Source: Eledone cirrhosa
Taxonomy: Eukaryota
Assembly: GCA_964016885.1 (NCBI GenBank)
Contig: OZ024747.1
Coordinates: forward strand, 44,764,001-44,828,000
Direction of reading: 5' to 3'
Length of the DNA: 64,000 nucleotides
A program made the position numbers and the translations under genes. Below, one piece after another: positions 23,801 through 38,800 of the stretch (position 1 is its first letter; every line of letters begins with the position of its first letter). The notes under the pieces are model-generated. The model searched no databases. It was not told the origin of the DNA and saw only the letters and a list, made by a program, of their open reading frames with translations.

Positions 23801-26800
23801 ACAACTATATTTCATCCAGTCCAGAAGCCTAATCTGGCCCACAGCTATATTTCATCCAGCCCACAAGCCGAATCTGGCCCACAGCTATATTTTATCCAGC
23901 CCACAAGCCTAATCTGGTAACAGCTATATTTCATCCAGCCCGCAAGCCTAATCTGGCCCACAGCTATATTTCATCCAGCCCACAAGCCTAATCTGGCCCA
24001 GAACTATATTTCATCCAGCCCACAAGCCTAATCTGCCCACAACTATATTTCATCCAGCCCACAAGCCTAATCTGGCCCACAGCTATATTTCATCCAGCCC
24101 ACAAGCCGAATCTGGCCCACAGCAATATTTTATCCAGCCCACAAGCCTAATCTGGTAACAGCTATATTTCATCCAGCCCGCAAGCCTAATCTGGCCCACA
24201 GCTATATTTCATCCAGCCCACAAGCCTAATCTGGCCCACAGCTATATTTCATCCAGCCAACAAGCCTAATCTGGCCCACAGCTATATTTCTCCAGCCCAC
24301 AAGCCTAATCTGGCCCACAGCTATATTTCATCCAGCCCACAAGCCTAATCTGGCCCACAGCTATATTTCATCCAGCCCACAAGCCTAATCTGGCCCACAG
24401 CTATATTTCATCCAGCCCACAAGCCTAATCTGGCCCACAGCTATATTTCATCCAGCCCACAAGCCTAATCTGGCCCACAGCTATATTTCATCCAGTCCAC
24501 AAGCCTAATCTGGCCCACAGCTATATTTCATCCAGCCCACAAGCCTAATCTGGCCCACAGCTATATTTCATCCAACCCACAAGCCTAATCTGGTAACAGC
24601 TATATTTCATCCAGCCCACAAGCCTAATCTGGTAACAGCTATATTTCATCCAGCCCACAAGCCTAATCTGGCCCACAGCTATATTTCATCCAGCCCACAA
24701 GCCAAATCTGGCCCACAGCTATATTTCATCCAGCCCACAAGCCTAATCTGGCCCACAGCTATATTTCATCCAGCCCACAAGCCAAATATGGCCCACAGCT
24801 ATATTTCATCCAGCCCACAAGCCAAATCTGGCCCACAGCTATATTTCATCCAGCCCACAAGCTAAATTTGGCCCACAACTATATTTCATCCAGTTCACAA
24901 GCCTAATCTGGCCCACAGCTATATTTCATCCAGCCCACAAGCCTAATCTGGCCCACAGCTATATTTCATCCAGCCCACAAGCCTAATCTGGCCCACAGCT
25001 ATATTTCATCCAGCCCACAAGCCAAATCTGGCCCACAGCTATATTTCATCCAGCCCACAAGCCTAATCTGGCCCACAGCTATATTTCATCCAGCCCACAA
25101 GCCAAATCTGGCCCACAGCTATATTTCATCCAGCCCACAAGCCAAATCTGGCCCACAGCTATATTTCATCCAGCCCACAAGCCAAATCTGGCCCACAGCT
25201 ATATTTCATCCAGCCCACAAGCCTAATCTGGCCCACAGCTATATTTCATCCAGCCCACAAGCCAAATCTGGCACACACACACAGCTATATTTCATCCAGC
25301 CCACACCCTAATCTGGCCCACAGCTATATTTCATCCAGCCCACAAGCCAAATCTGGCCCACAGCTATATTTCATCCAGCCCACAACCCAAATCTGGTCCA
25401 CAGCTATATTTTATCCAGCCCACAAGCCAAATCTGGCCCACAGCTATATTTCAGCCAGCCCACAAGCCAAATCTGGCCCTCAGCTATATTTCATCCAGCC
25501 CACAAGCCAAATCTGGCCCACAGCTATATTTCATCCAGCCCACAAGCCTAATCTGGCCCACAGCTATATTTCATCCAGCCCACAAGCCTAATCTGGCCCA
25601 CAGCTATATTTCATCCAGCCCACAAGCTGATCTGGCCCACATCTATATTTCATCCAGCCCACAAGCCAAATCTGGCCCACAGCTATATTTCATCCAGCCC
25701 ACAAGCCTAATCTGGCCCACAACTATATTTCATCCAGCCCACAAGCCTAATCTGGCCCACAACTATATTTCATCCAGCCCACAAGCCTAATCTGGCCCAC
25801 AACTATATTTCATCCAGTCCACAAGCCTAATCTGGCACACAGCTATATTTCATCCAGCCCACAAGCCTAATCTGGCCCACAGCTATATTTCATCCAGCCC
25901 ACAAGCCTAATCTGGTAACAGCTATATTTCATCCAGCCCACAAGCCAAATCTAGCCCACAACTATATTTCATCCAGCCCACAAGCCAAATCTGGCCTACA
26001 ACTATATTTCATCCAGCCCACAAGCCTAATCTGGCCCACAGCTATATTTCATCCAGCCCACAAGCCTAATCTGGCCCACAGCTATATTTCATCCAGCCCA
26101 CAAGCCAAATCTGGCCCACAGCTATATTTCATCCAGCCCACAAGCCTAATCTGGCCCACAGCTATATTTCATCCAGCCCACAAGCCTAATCTGGCCCACA
26201 ACTATATTTCATCCAGCCCACAAGCCTAATCTGGCCCACAACTATATTTCATCCAGCCCACAAGCCTAATCTGGCCCACAACTATATTTCATCCAGCCCA
26301 CAAGCCAAATCTGGCCTACAACTATATTTCATCCAGCCCACAAGCCTAATCTGGCCCACAGCTATATTTCATCCAGCCCACAAGCCTAATCTGGCCCACA
26401 GCTATATTTCATCCAGCCCACAAGCCAAATCTGGCCCACAGCTATATTTCATCCAGCCCACAAGCCTAATCTGGCCCACAACTATATTTCATCCAGCCCA
26501 CAAGCCTAATCTGGCCCACAACTATATTTCATCCAGCCCACAAGCCTAATCTGCCCACAACTATATTTCATCCAGTCCACAAGCCTAATCTGGCCCACAG
26601 CTATATTTCATCCAGCCCACAAGCCTAATCTGGCCCACAGCTATATTTCATCCAGCCCACAAGCCTAATCTGGTAACAGCTATATTTCATCCAGCCCACA
26701 AGCCAAATCTGGCCCACAACTATATTTCATCCAGCCCACAAGCCAAATCTGGCCTACAACTATATTTCATCCAGCCCACAAGCCTAATCTGGCCCACAGC

Positions 26801-29800
26801 TATATTTCATCCAGCCCACAAGCCTAATCTGGCCCACAGCTATATTTCATCCAGCCCACAAGCCAAATCTGGCCCACAGCTATATTTCATCCAGCCCACA
26901 AGCCTAATCTGGCCCACAGCTATATTTCATCCAGCCCACAAGCCTAATCTGGCCCACAGCTATATTTCATCTAGCCCACAAGCCTAATCTGGTCCAAAGC
27001 TATATTTAATCTATGCAGCCCACAAGCCAAATCTGGCCCACAGCTATATTTCATCCAGCCCACAAGCCTAATCTGGCCCACAGCTATATTTCATCCAGCC
27101 CACAAGCCTAATCTGGCCCACAGCTATATTTCATCCAGCCCACAAGCCTAATCTGGCCCACAGCTATATTTCATCCAGCCCACAAGCCTAATCTGGCCCA
27201 CAGCTATATTTCATCCAGTCCACAAGCCTAATCTGGCCCACAGCTATATTTCATCCAGCCCACAAGCCTAATCTGGCCCACAGCTATATTTCATCCAGCC
27301 CACAAGCCTAATCTGGTAACAGCTATATTTCATCCAGCCCACAAGCCTAATCTGGTAACAGCTATATTTCATCCAGCTCACAAGCCTAATCTGGCCCACA
27401 GCTATATTTCATCCAGCCCACAAGCCAAATCTGGCCCACAGCTATATTTCATCCAGCCCACAAGCCTAATCTGGCCCACAGCTATATTTCATCCAGCCCA
27501 CAAGCCAAATCTGGCCCACAGCTATATTTCATCCAGCCCACAAGCCAAATCTGGCCCACAGCTATATTTCATCCAGCCCACAAGCTAAATTTGGCCCACA
27601 ACTATATTTCATCCAGTTCACAAGCCTAATCTGGCCCACAGCTATATTTCATCCAGCCCACAAGCCAAATATGGCCCACAGCTATATTTCATCCAGCCCA
27701 CAAGCCTAATCTGGCCCACAGCTATATTTCAACCAGCCCACAAGCCAAATCTGGCCCACAGCTATATTTCATCCAGCCCACAAGCCTAATCTGGCCCACA
27801 GCTATATTTCATCCAGCCCACAAGCCAAATCTGGCCCACAGCTATATTTCATCCAGCCCACAAGCCAAATCTGGCCCACAGCTATATTTCATCCAGCCCA
27901 CAAGCCAAATCTGGCCCACAGCTATATTTCATCCAGCCCACAAGCCTAATCTGGCCCACAGCTATATTTCATCCAGCCCACAAGCCAAATCTGGCACACA
28001 CACACACAGCTATATTTCATCCAGCCCACACCCTAATCTGGCCCACAGCTATATTTCATCCAGCCCACAAGCCAAATCTGGCCCACAGCTATATTTCATC
28101 CAGCCCACAACCCAAATCTCGCCCACAGCTATATTTTATCCAGCCCACAAGCCAAATCTTGCCCACAGCTATATTTCATCCAGCCCACAAGCCAAATCTG
28201 GCCCTCAGCTATATTTCATCCAGCCCACAAGCCAAATCTGGCCCACAGCTATATTTCATCCAGCCCACAAGCCTAATCTGGCCCACAGCTATATTTCATC
28301 CAGCCCACAAGCCTAATCTGGCCCACAGCTATATTTCATCCAGCCCACAAGCTGATCTGGCCCACATCTATATTTCATCCAGCCCACAAGCCAAATCTGG
28401 CCCACAGCTATATTTCATCCAGCCCACAAGCCTAATCTGGCCCACAACTATATTTCATCCAGCCCACAAGCCTAATCTGGCCCACAACTATATTTCATCC
28501 AGCCCACAAGCCTAATCTGGCCCACAACTATATTTCATCCAGTCCACAAGCCTAATCTGGCACACAGCTATATTTCATCCAGCCCACAAGCCTAATCTGG
28601 CCCACAGCTATATTTCATCCAGCCCACAAGCCTAATCTGGTAACAGCTATATTTCATCCAGCCCACAAGCCAAATCTGGCCCACAACTATATTTCATCCA
28701 GCCCACAAGCCAAATCTGGCCTACAACTATATTTCATCCAGCCCACAAGCCTAATCTGGCCCACAGCTATATTTCATCCAGCCCACAAGCCTAATCTGGC
28801 CCACAGCTATATTTCATCCAGCCCACAAGCCAAATCTGGCCCACAGCTATATTTCATCCAGCCCACAAGCCTAATCTGGCCCACAGCTATATTTCATCCA
28901 GCCCACAAGCCTAATCTGGCCCACAACTATATTTCATCCAGCCCACAAGCCTAATCTGCCCACAACTATATTTCATCCAGTCCACAAGCCTAATCTGGCC
29001 CACAGCTATATTTCATCCAGCCCACAAGCCTAATCTGGCCCACAGCTATATTTCATCCAGCCCACAAGCATAATCTGGTAACAGCTATATTTCATCCAGC
29101 CCACAAGCCAAATCTGGCCCACAACTATATTTCATCCAGCCCACAAGCCAAATCTGGCCCACAGCTATATTTCATCCAGCCCACAAGCCTAATCTGGCCC
29201 ACAGCTATATTTCATCCAGCCCACAAGCCTAATCTGGCCCACAGCTATATTTCATCTAGCCCACAAGCCTAATCTGGCCCACAGCTATATTTAATCTATG
29301 CAGCCCACAAGCCAAATCTGGCCCACAGCTATATTTCATCCAGCCCACAAGCCTAATCTGGTAAGAGCTATATTTCATCCAGCCCACAAGCCTAATCTGC
29401 CCACAACTATATTTCATCCAGTCCACAAGCCTAATCTGGCCCACAGCTATATTTCATCCAGCCCACAAGCCTAATCTGGCCCACAGCTATATTTCATCCA
29501 GTCCACAAGCCAAATCTGGTAACAGCTATATTTCATCCAGCCCACAAGCCAAATCTGGCCCACAGCTATATTTCATCCAGCCCACATGCCTAATCTGGCC
29601 CACAGCTATATTTCATCCAGCCCACAAGCCTAATCTGGCCCACAGCTATATTTCATCCAGCCCACAAGCCTAATCTGGCCCACAGCTATATTTCATCCAG
29701 CCCACAAGCCTAATCTGGCCCACAGCTATATTTCATCCAGCCCATAAGCCTAATCTGGCCCACACTATATTTCATCCAGTCCACAAGCCTAATCTGGCCC

Positions 29801-32800
29801 ACAGCTATATTTCATCCAGCCCACAAGCCAAATCTGGCCCACAGCTATATTTCATCCAGCCCACAAGCCTAATCTGGCCCACAGCTATATTTCATCCAGC
29901 CCACAAACCAAATCTGGCCTACAACTATATTTCATCCAGCCCACAAGCCTAATCTGGCCCACAGCTATATTTCATCCAGCCCACAAGCCTAATCTGGCCC
30001 ACAGCTATATTTCATCCAGCCCACAAGCCAAATCTGGCCCACAGCTATATTTCATCCAGCCCACAAGCCTAATCTGGCCCACAGCTATATTTCATCCAGC
30101 CCACAAGCCTAATCTGGCTCACAGCTATATTTAATCTATGCAGCCCACAAGCCAAATCTGGCCCACAGCTATATTTCATCCAGCCCACAAGCCTAATCTG
30201 GCCCACAGCTATATTTCATCCAGCCCATAAGCCTAATCTGGCCCACACTATATTTCATCCAGTCCACAAGCCTAATCTGGCCCACAGCTATATTTCATCC
30301 AACCCGCAAGCCTAATCTGGCCCACAGCTATATTTCATCCAGCCCGCAAGCCTAATCTGGCCCACAGCTATATTTCATCCAGCCCGCAAGCCTAATCTGG
30401 CCCACAGCTATATTTCATCCAGCCCACAAGCCTAATCTGGCCCACAGCTATATTTCATCCAGCCCACAAGCCTAATCTGGCCCACAGCTATATTTCATCC
30501 AGCCCACAAGCCTAATCTGGTAACAGCTATATTTCATCTAGCCCACAGGCCTAATCTGGCCCACAGCTATATTTAATCTATGCAGCCCACAAGCCAAATC
30601 TGGCCCACAGCTATATTTCATCCAGCCCACAAGCCAAATCTGGCCTACAACTATATTTCATCCAGCCCACAAGCCTAATCTGGCCCACAGCTATATTTCA
30701 TCCAGCCCACAAGCCTAATCTGGCCCACAGCTATATTTCATCCAGCCCACAAGCCAAATCTGGCCCACAGCTATATTTCATCCAGCCCACAAGCCTAATC
30801 TGGCCCGCAGCTATATTTCATCCAGCCCACAAGCCTAATCTGGCCCACAGCTATATTTAATCTATGCAGCCCACAAGCCAAATCTGGCCCACAGCTATAT
30901 TTCATCCAGCCCACAAGCCTAATCTGGTAAGAGCTATATTTCATCCAGCCCACAAGCCTAATCTGGCCCACAACTATATTTCATCCAGCCCACAAGCCAA
31001 ATCTGGCCCACAGCTATATTTAATCTATCCAGCACACAAGCCAAATCTGGCCCACAGCTTTATTTCATCCAGCCCACAAGCCTAATCTGGCCCACAGCTA
31101 TATTTCATCCAGTCCACAAGCCTAATCTGGTAACAGCTATATTTCATCCAGCCCACAAGCCAAATCTGGCCCACAACTATATATCATCCAGCCCACATGC
31201 CTAATCTGGCCCACAGCTATATTTCATCCAGCCCACAAGCCTAATCTGGCCCACAGCTATATTTCATCCAGCCCACAAGCCTAATCTGGCCCACAGCTAT
31301 ATTTCATCCAGCCCACAAGCCTAATCTGGCCCACAGCTATATTTCATCCAGTCCACAAGGCTAATCTGGCCCACAGCTATATTTCATCCAGCCCACAAGC
31401 CTAATCTGGCCCACAGCTATATTTCATCCAGCCCATAAGCCTAATCTGGCCCACACTATATTTCATCCAGTCCACAAGCCTAATCTGGCCCACAGCTATA
31501 TTTCATCCAGCCCGCAAGCCTAATCTGGCCCACAACTATATTTCATCCAGCCCACAAGCCAAATCTGGCCCACAGCTATATTTCATCCAGCCCACATGCC
31601 TAATCTGGCCCACAGCTATATTTCATCCAGCCCACAAGCCTAATCTGGCCCACAGCTATATTTCATCCAGCCCACAAGCCTAATCTGGCCCACAGCTATA
31701 TTTCATCCAGCCCACAAGCCTAATCTGGCCCACAGCTATATTTCATCCAGCCCATAAGCCTAATCTGGCCCACACTATATTTCATCCAGTCCACAAGCCT
31801 AATCTGGCCCACAGCTATATTTCATCCAGCCCGCAAGCCTAATCTGGCCCACAGCTATATTTCATCCAGCCCACAAGCCTAATCTGGCCCACAGCTATAT
31901 TTCATCCAGCCCACAAGCCTAATCTGGTAACAGCTATATTTTATCTAGCCCGCAAGCCTAATCTGGCCCACAGCTATATTTCATCCAGCCCACAAGCCTA
32001 ATCTGGCCCACAGCTATATTTCATCCAGCCCACAAGCCAAATCTGGCCTACAACTATATTTCATCCAGCCCACAAGCCTAATCTGGCCCACAGCTATATT
32101 TCATCCAGCCCACAAGCCTAATCTGGCCCACAGCTATATTTCATCCAGCCCACAAGCCAAATCTGGCCCACAGCTATATTTCATCCAGCCCACAAGCCTA
32201 ATCTGGCCCACAGCTATATTTCATCCAGCCCACAAGCCTAATCTGGCTCACAGCTATATTTAATCTATGCAGCCCACAAGCCAAATCTGGCCCACAGCTA
32301 TATTTCATCCAGCCCACAAGCCTAATCTGGCCCACAGCTATATTTCATCCAGCCCATAAGCCTAATCTGGCCCACACTATATTTCATCCAGTCCACAAGC
32401 CTAATCTGGCCCACAGCTATATTTCATCCAGCCCGCAAGCCTAATCTGGCCCACAGCTATATTTCATCCAGCCCGCAAGCCTAATCTGGCCCACAGCTAT
32501 ATTTCATCCAGCCCGCAAGCCTAATCTGGCCCACAGCTATATTTCATCCAGCCCACAAGCCTAATCTGGCCCACAGCTATATTTCATCCAGCCCACAAGC
32601 CTAATCTGGTAACAGCTATATTTCATCTAGCCCACAGGCCTAATCTGGCCCACAGCTATATTTAATCTATGCAGCCCACAAGCCAAATCTGGCCCACAGC
32701 TATATTTCATCCAGCCCACAAGCCAAATCTGGCCTACAACTATATTTCATCCAGCCCACAAGCCTAATCTGGCCCACAGCTATATTTCATCCAGCCCACA

Positions 32801-35800
32801 AGCCTAATCTGGCCCACAGCTATATTTCATCCAGCCCACAAGCCAAATCTGGCCCACAGCTATATTTCATCCAGCCCACAAGCCTAATCTGGCCCGCAGC
32901 TATATTTCATCCAGCCCACAAGCCTAATCTGGCCCACAGCTATATTTAATCTATGCAGCCCACAAGCCAAATCTGGCCCACAGCTATATTTCATCCAGCC
33001 CACAAGCCTAATCTGGTAAGAGCTATATTTCATCCAGCCCACAAGCCTAATCTGGCCCACAGCTATATTTCATCCAGCCCATAAGCCTAATCTGGCCCAC
33101 ACTATATTTCATCCAGTCCACAAGCCTAATCTGGCCCACAACTATATTTCATCCAGCCCACAAGCCTAATCTGCCCACAACTATATTTCATCCAGTCCAC
33201 AAGCCTAATCTGGCCCACAGCTATATTTCATCCAGCCCACAAGCCTAATCTGGCCCACAGCTATATTTCATCCAGCCCACAAGCATAATCTGGTAACAGC
33301 TATATTTCATCCAGCCCACAAGCCAAATCTGGCCCACAACTATATTTCATCCAGCCCACAAGCCAAATCTGGCCCACAGCTATATTTCATCCAGCCCACA
33401 AGCCTAATCTGGCCCACAGCTATATTTCATCCAGCCCACAAGCCTAATCTGGCCCACAGCTATATTTCATCTAGCCCACAAGCCTAATCTGGCCCACAGC
33501 TATATTTAATCTATGCAGCCCACAAGCCAAATCTGGCCCACAGCTATATTTCATCCAGCCCACAAGCCTAATCTGGTAAGAGCTATATTTCATCCAGCCC
33601 ACAAGCCTAATCTGCCCACAACTATATTTCATCCAGTCCACAAGCCTAATCTGGCCCACAGCTATATTTCATCCAGCCCACAAGCCTAATCTGGCCCACA
33701 GCTATATTTCATCCAGTCCACAAGCCAAATCTGGTAACAGCTATATTTCATCCAGCCCACAAGCCAAATCTGGCCCACAGCTATATTTCATCCAGCCCAC
33801 ATGCCTAATCTGGCCCACAGCTATATTTCATCCAGCCCACAAGCCTAATCTGGCCCACAGCTATATTTCATCCAGCCCACAAGCCTAATCTGGCCCACAG
33901 CTATATTTCATCCAGCCCACAAGCCTAATCTGGCCCACAGCTATATTTCATCCAGCCCATAAGCCTAATCTGGCCCACACTATATTTCATCCAGTCCACA
34001 AGCCTAATCTGGCCCACAGCTATATTTCATCCAGCCCACAAGCCAAATCTGGCCCACAGCTATATTTCATCCAGCCCACAAGCCTAATCTGGCCCACAGC
34101 TATATTTCATCCAGCCCACAAACCAAATCTGGCCTACAACTATATTTCATCCAGCCCACAAGCCTAATCTGGCCCACAGCTATATTTCATCCAGCCCACA
34201 AGCCTAATCTGGCCCACAGCTATATTTCATCCAGCCCACAAGCCAAATCTGGCCCACAGCTATATTTCATCCAGCCCACAAGCCTAATCTGGCCCACAGC
34301 TATATTTCATCCAGCCCACAAGCCTAATCTGGCTCACAGCTATATTTAATCTATGCAGCCCACAAGCCAAATCTGGCCCACAGCTATATTTCATCCAGCC
34401 CACAAGCCTAATCTGGCCCACAGCTATATTTCATCCAGCCCATAAGCCTAATCTGGCCCACACTATATTTCATCCAGTCCACAAGCCTAATCTGGCCCAC
34501 AGCTATATTTCATCCAACCCGCAAGCCTAATCTGGCCCACAGCTATATTTCATCCAGCCCGCAAGCCTAATCTGGCCCACAGCTATATTTCATCCAGCCC
34601 GCAAGCCTAATCTGGCCCACAGCTATATTTCATCCAGCCCACAAGCCTAATCTGGCCCACAGCTATATTTCATCCAGCCCACAAGCCTAATCTGGCCCAC
34701 AGCTATATTTCATCCAGCCCACAAGCCTAATCTGGTAACAGCTATATTTCATCTAGCCCACAGGCCTAATCTGGCCCACAGCTATATTTAATCTATGCAG
34801 CCCACAAGCCAAATCTGGCCCACAGCTATATTTCATCCAGCCCACAAGCCAAATCTGGCCTACAACTATATTTCATCCAGCCCACAAGCCTAATCTGGCC
34901 CACAGCTATATTTCATCCAGCCCACAAGCCTAATCTGGCCCACAGCTATATTTCATCCAGCCCACAAGCCAAATCTGGCCCACAGCTATATTTCATCCAG
35001 CCCACAAGCCTAATCTGGCCCGCAGCTATATTTCATCCAGCCCACAAGCCTAATCTGGCCCACAGCTATATTTAATCTATGCAGCCCACAAGCCAAATCT
35101 GGCCCACAGCTATATTTCATCCAGCCCACAAGCCTAATCTGGTAAGAGCTATATTTCATCCAGCCCACAAGCCTAATCTGGCCCACAACTATATTTCATC
35201 CAGCCCACAAGCCAAATCTGGCCCACAGCTATATTTAATCTATCCAGCACACAAGCCAAATCTGGCCCACAGCTTTATTTCATCCAGCCCACAAGCCTAA
35301 TCTGGCCCACAGCTATATTTCATCCAGTCCACAAGCCTAATCTGGTAACAGCTATATTTCATCCAGCCCACAAGCCAAATCTGGCCCACAACTATATATC
35401 ATCCAGCCCACATGCCTAATCTGGCCCACAGCTATATTTCATCCAGCCCACAAGCCTAATCTGGCCCACAGCTATATTTCATCCAGCCCACAAGCCTAAT
35501 CTGGCCCACAGCTATATTTCATCCAGCCCACAAGCCTAATCTGGCCCACAGCTATATTTCATCCAGTCCACAAGGCTAATCTGGCCCACAGCTATATTTC
35601 ATCCAGCCCACAAGCCTAATCTGGCCCACAGCTATATTTCATCCAGCCCATAAGCCTAATCTGGCCCACACTATATTTCATCCAGTCCACAAGCCTAATC
35701 TGGCCCACAGCTATATTTCATCCAGCCCGCAAGCCTAATCTGGCCCACAACTATATTTCATCCAGCCCACAAGCCAAATCTGGCCCACAGCTATATTTCA

Positions 35801-38800
35801 TCCAGCCCACATGCCTAATCTGGCCCACAGCTATATTTCATCCAGCCCACAAGCCTAATCTGGCCCACAGCTATATTTCATCCAGCCCACAAGCCTAATC
35901 TGGCCCACAGCTATATTTCATCCAGCCCACAAGCCTAATCTGGCCCACAGCTATATTTCATCCAGCCCATAAGCCTAATCTGGCCCACACTATATTTCAT
36001 CCAGTCCACAAGCCTAATCTGGCCCACAGCTATATTTCATCCAGCCCGCAAGCCTAATCTGGCCCACAGCTATATTTCATCCAGCCCACAAGCCTAATCT
36101 GGCCCACAGCTATATTTCATCCAGCCCACAAGCCTAATCTGGTAACAGCTATATTTTATCTAGCCCGCAAGCCTAATCTGGCCCACAGCTATATTTCATC
36201 CAGCCCACAAGCCTAATCTGGCCCACAGCTATATTTCATCCAGCCCACAAGCCAAATCTGGCCTACAACTATATTTCATCCAGCCCACAAGCCTAATCTG
36301 GCCCACAGCTATATTTCATCCAGCCCACAAGCCTAATCTGGCCCACAGCTATATTTCATCCAGCCCACAAGCCAAATCTGGCCCACAGCTATATTTCATC
36401 CAGCCCACAAGCCTAATCTGGCCCACAGCTATATTTCATCCAGCCCACAAGCCTAATCTGGCTCACAGCTATATTTAATCTATGCAGCCCACAAGCCAAA
36501 TCTGGCCCACAGCTATATTTCATCCAGCCCACAAGCCTAATCTGGCCCACAGCTATATTTCATCCAGCCCATAAGCCTAATCTGGCCCACACTATATTTC
36601 ATCCAGTCCACAAGCCTAATCTGGCCCACAGCTATATTTCATCCAGCCCGCAAGCCTAATCTGGCCCACAGCTATATTTCATCCAGCCCGCAAGCCTAAT
36701 CTGGCCCACAGCTATATTTCATCCAGCCCGCAAGCCTAATCTGGCCCACAGCTATATTTCATCCAGCCCACAAGCCTAATCTGGCCCACAGCTATATTTC
36801 ATCCAGCCCACAAGCCTAATCTGGTAACAGCTATATTTCATCTAGCCCACAGGCCTAATCTGGCCCACAGCTATATTTAATCTATGCAGCCCACAAGCCA
36901 AATCTGGCCCACAGCTATATTTCATCCAGCCCACAAGCCAAATCTGGCCTACAACTATATTTCATCCAGCCCACAAGCCTAATCTGGCCCACAGCTATAT
37001 TTCATCCAGCCCACAAGCCTAATCTGGCCCACAGCTATATTTCATCCAGCCCACAAGCCAAATCTGGCCCACAGCTATATTTCATCCAGCCCACAAGCCT
37101 AATCTGGCCCGCAGCTATATTTCATCCAGCCCACAAGCCTAATCTGGCCCACAGCTATATTTAATCTATGCAGCCCACAAGCCAAATCTGGCCCACAGCT
37201 ATATTTCATCCAGCCCACAAGCCTAATCTGGTAAGAGCTATATTTCATCCAGCCCACAAGCCTAATCTGGCCCACAGCTATATTTCATCCAGCCCATAAG
37301 CCTAATCTGGCCCACACTATATTTCATCCAGTCCACAAGCCTAATCTGGCCCACAGCTATATTTCATCCAGCCCGCAAGCCTAATCTGGCCCACAGCTAT
37401 ATTTCATCCAGCCCGCAAGCCTAATCTGGCCCACAGCTATATTTCATCCAGCCCACAAGCCTAATCTGGCCCACAGCTATATTTCATCCAGCCCACAAGC
37501 CTAATCTGGCCCACAGCTATATTTCATCCAGCCCACAAGCCTAATCTGGTAACAGCTATATTTCATAAAGCCCACAGGCCTAATCTGGCCCACAGCTATA
37601 TTTAATCTATGCAGCCCACAAGCCAAATCTGGCCCACAGCTATATTTCATCCAGCCCACAAGCCAAATCTGGCCTACAACTATATTTCATCCAGCCCACA
37701 AGCCTAATCTGGCCCACAGCTATATTTCATCCAGCCCACAAGCCTAATCTGGCCCACAGCTATATTTCATCCAGCCCACAAGCCAAATCTGGCCCACAGC
37801 TATATTTCATCCAGCCCACAAGCCTAATCTGGCCCGCAGCTATATTTCATCCAGCCCACAAGCCTAATCTGGCCCACAGCTATATTTAATCTATGCAGCC
37901 CACAAGCCAAATCTGGCCCACAGCTATATTTCATCCAGCCCACAAGCCTAATCTGGTAAGAGCTATATTTCATCCAGCCCACAAGCCTAATCTGGCCCAC
38001 AACTATATTTCATCCAGCCCACAAGCCAAATCTGGCCCACAGCTATATTTAATCTATCCAGCCCACAAGCCAAATCTGGCCCACAGCTATATTTCATCCA
38101 GCCCACAAGCCTAATCTGGCCCACAGCTATATTTCATCCAGTCCACAAGCCTAATCTGGTAACAGCTATATTTCATCCAGCCCACAAGCCAAATCTGGTC
38201 CACAGCTATATTTCATCCAGCCCACATGCCTAATCTGGCCCACAGCTATATTTCATCCAGCCCACAAGCCTAATCTGGCCCACAGCTATATTTCATCCAG
38301 CCCACAAGCCTAATCTGGCCCACAGCTATATTTCATCCAGCCCACAAGCCTAATCTGGCCCACAGCTATATTTCATCCAGTCCACAAGGCTAATCTGGCC
38401 CACAGCTATATTTCATCCAGCCCACAAGCCTAATCTGGCCCACAGCTATATTTCATCCAGCCCATAAGCCTAATCTGGCCCACACTATATTTCATCCAGT
38501 CCACAAGCCTAATCTGGCCCACAGCTATATTTCATCCAGCCCGCAAGCCTAATCTGGCCCACAGCTATATTTCATCCAGCCCGCAAGCCTAATCTGGCCC
38601 ACAGCTATATTTCATCCACCCCACAAGCCTAATCTGGCCCACAGCTATATTTCATCCAGCCCACAAGCCTAATCTGGCCCACAGCTATATTTCATCCAGC
38701 CCACAAGCCTAATCTGGTAACAGCTATATTTCATCTAGCCCGCAAGCCTAATCTGGCCCACAGCTATATTTCATCCAGCCCACAAGCCTAATCTGGCCCA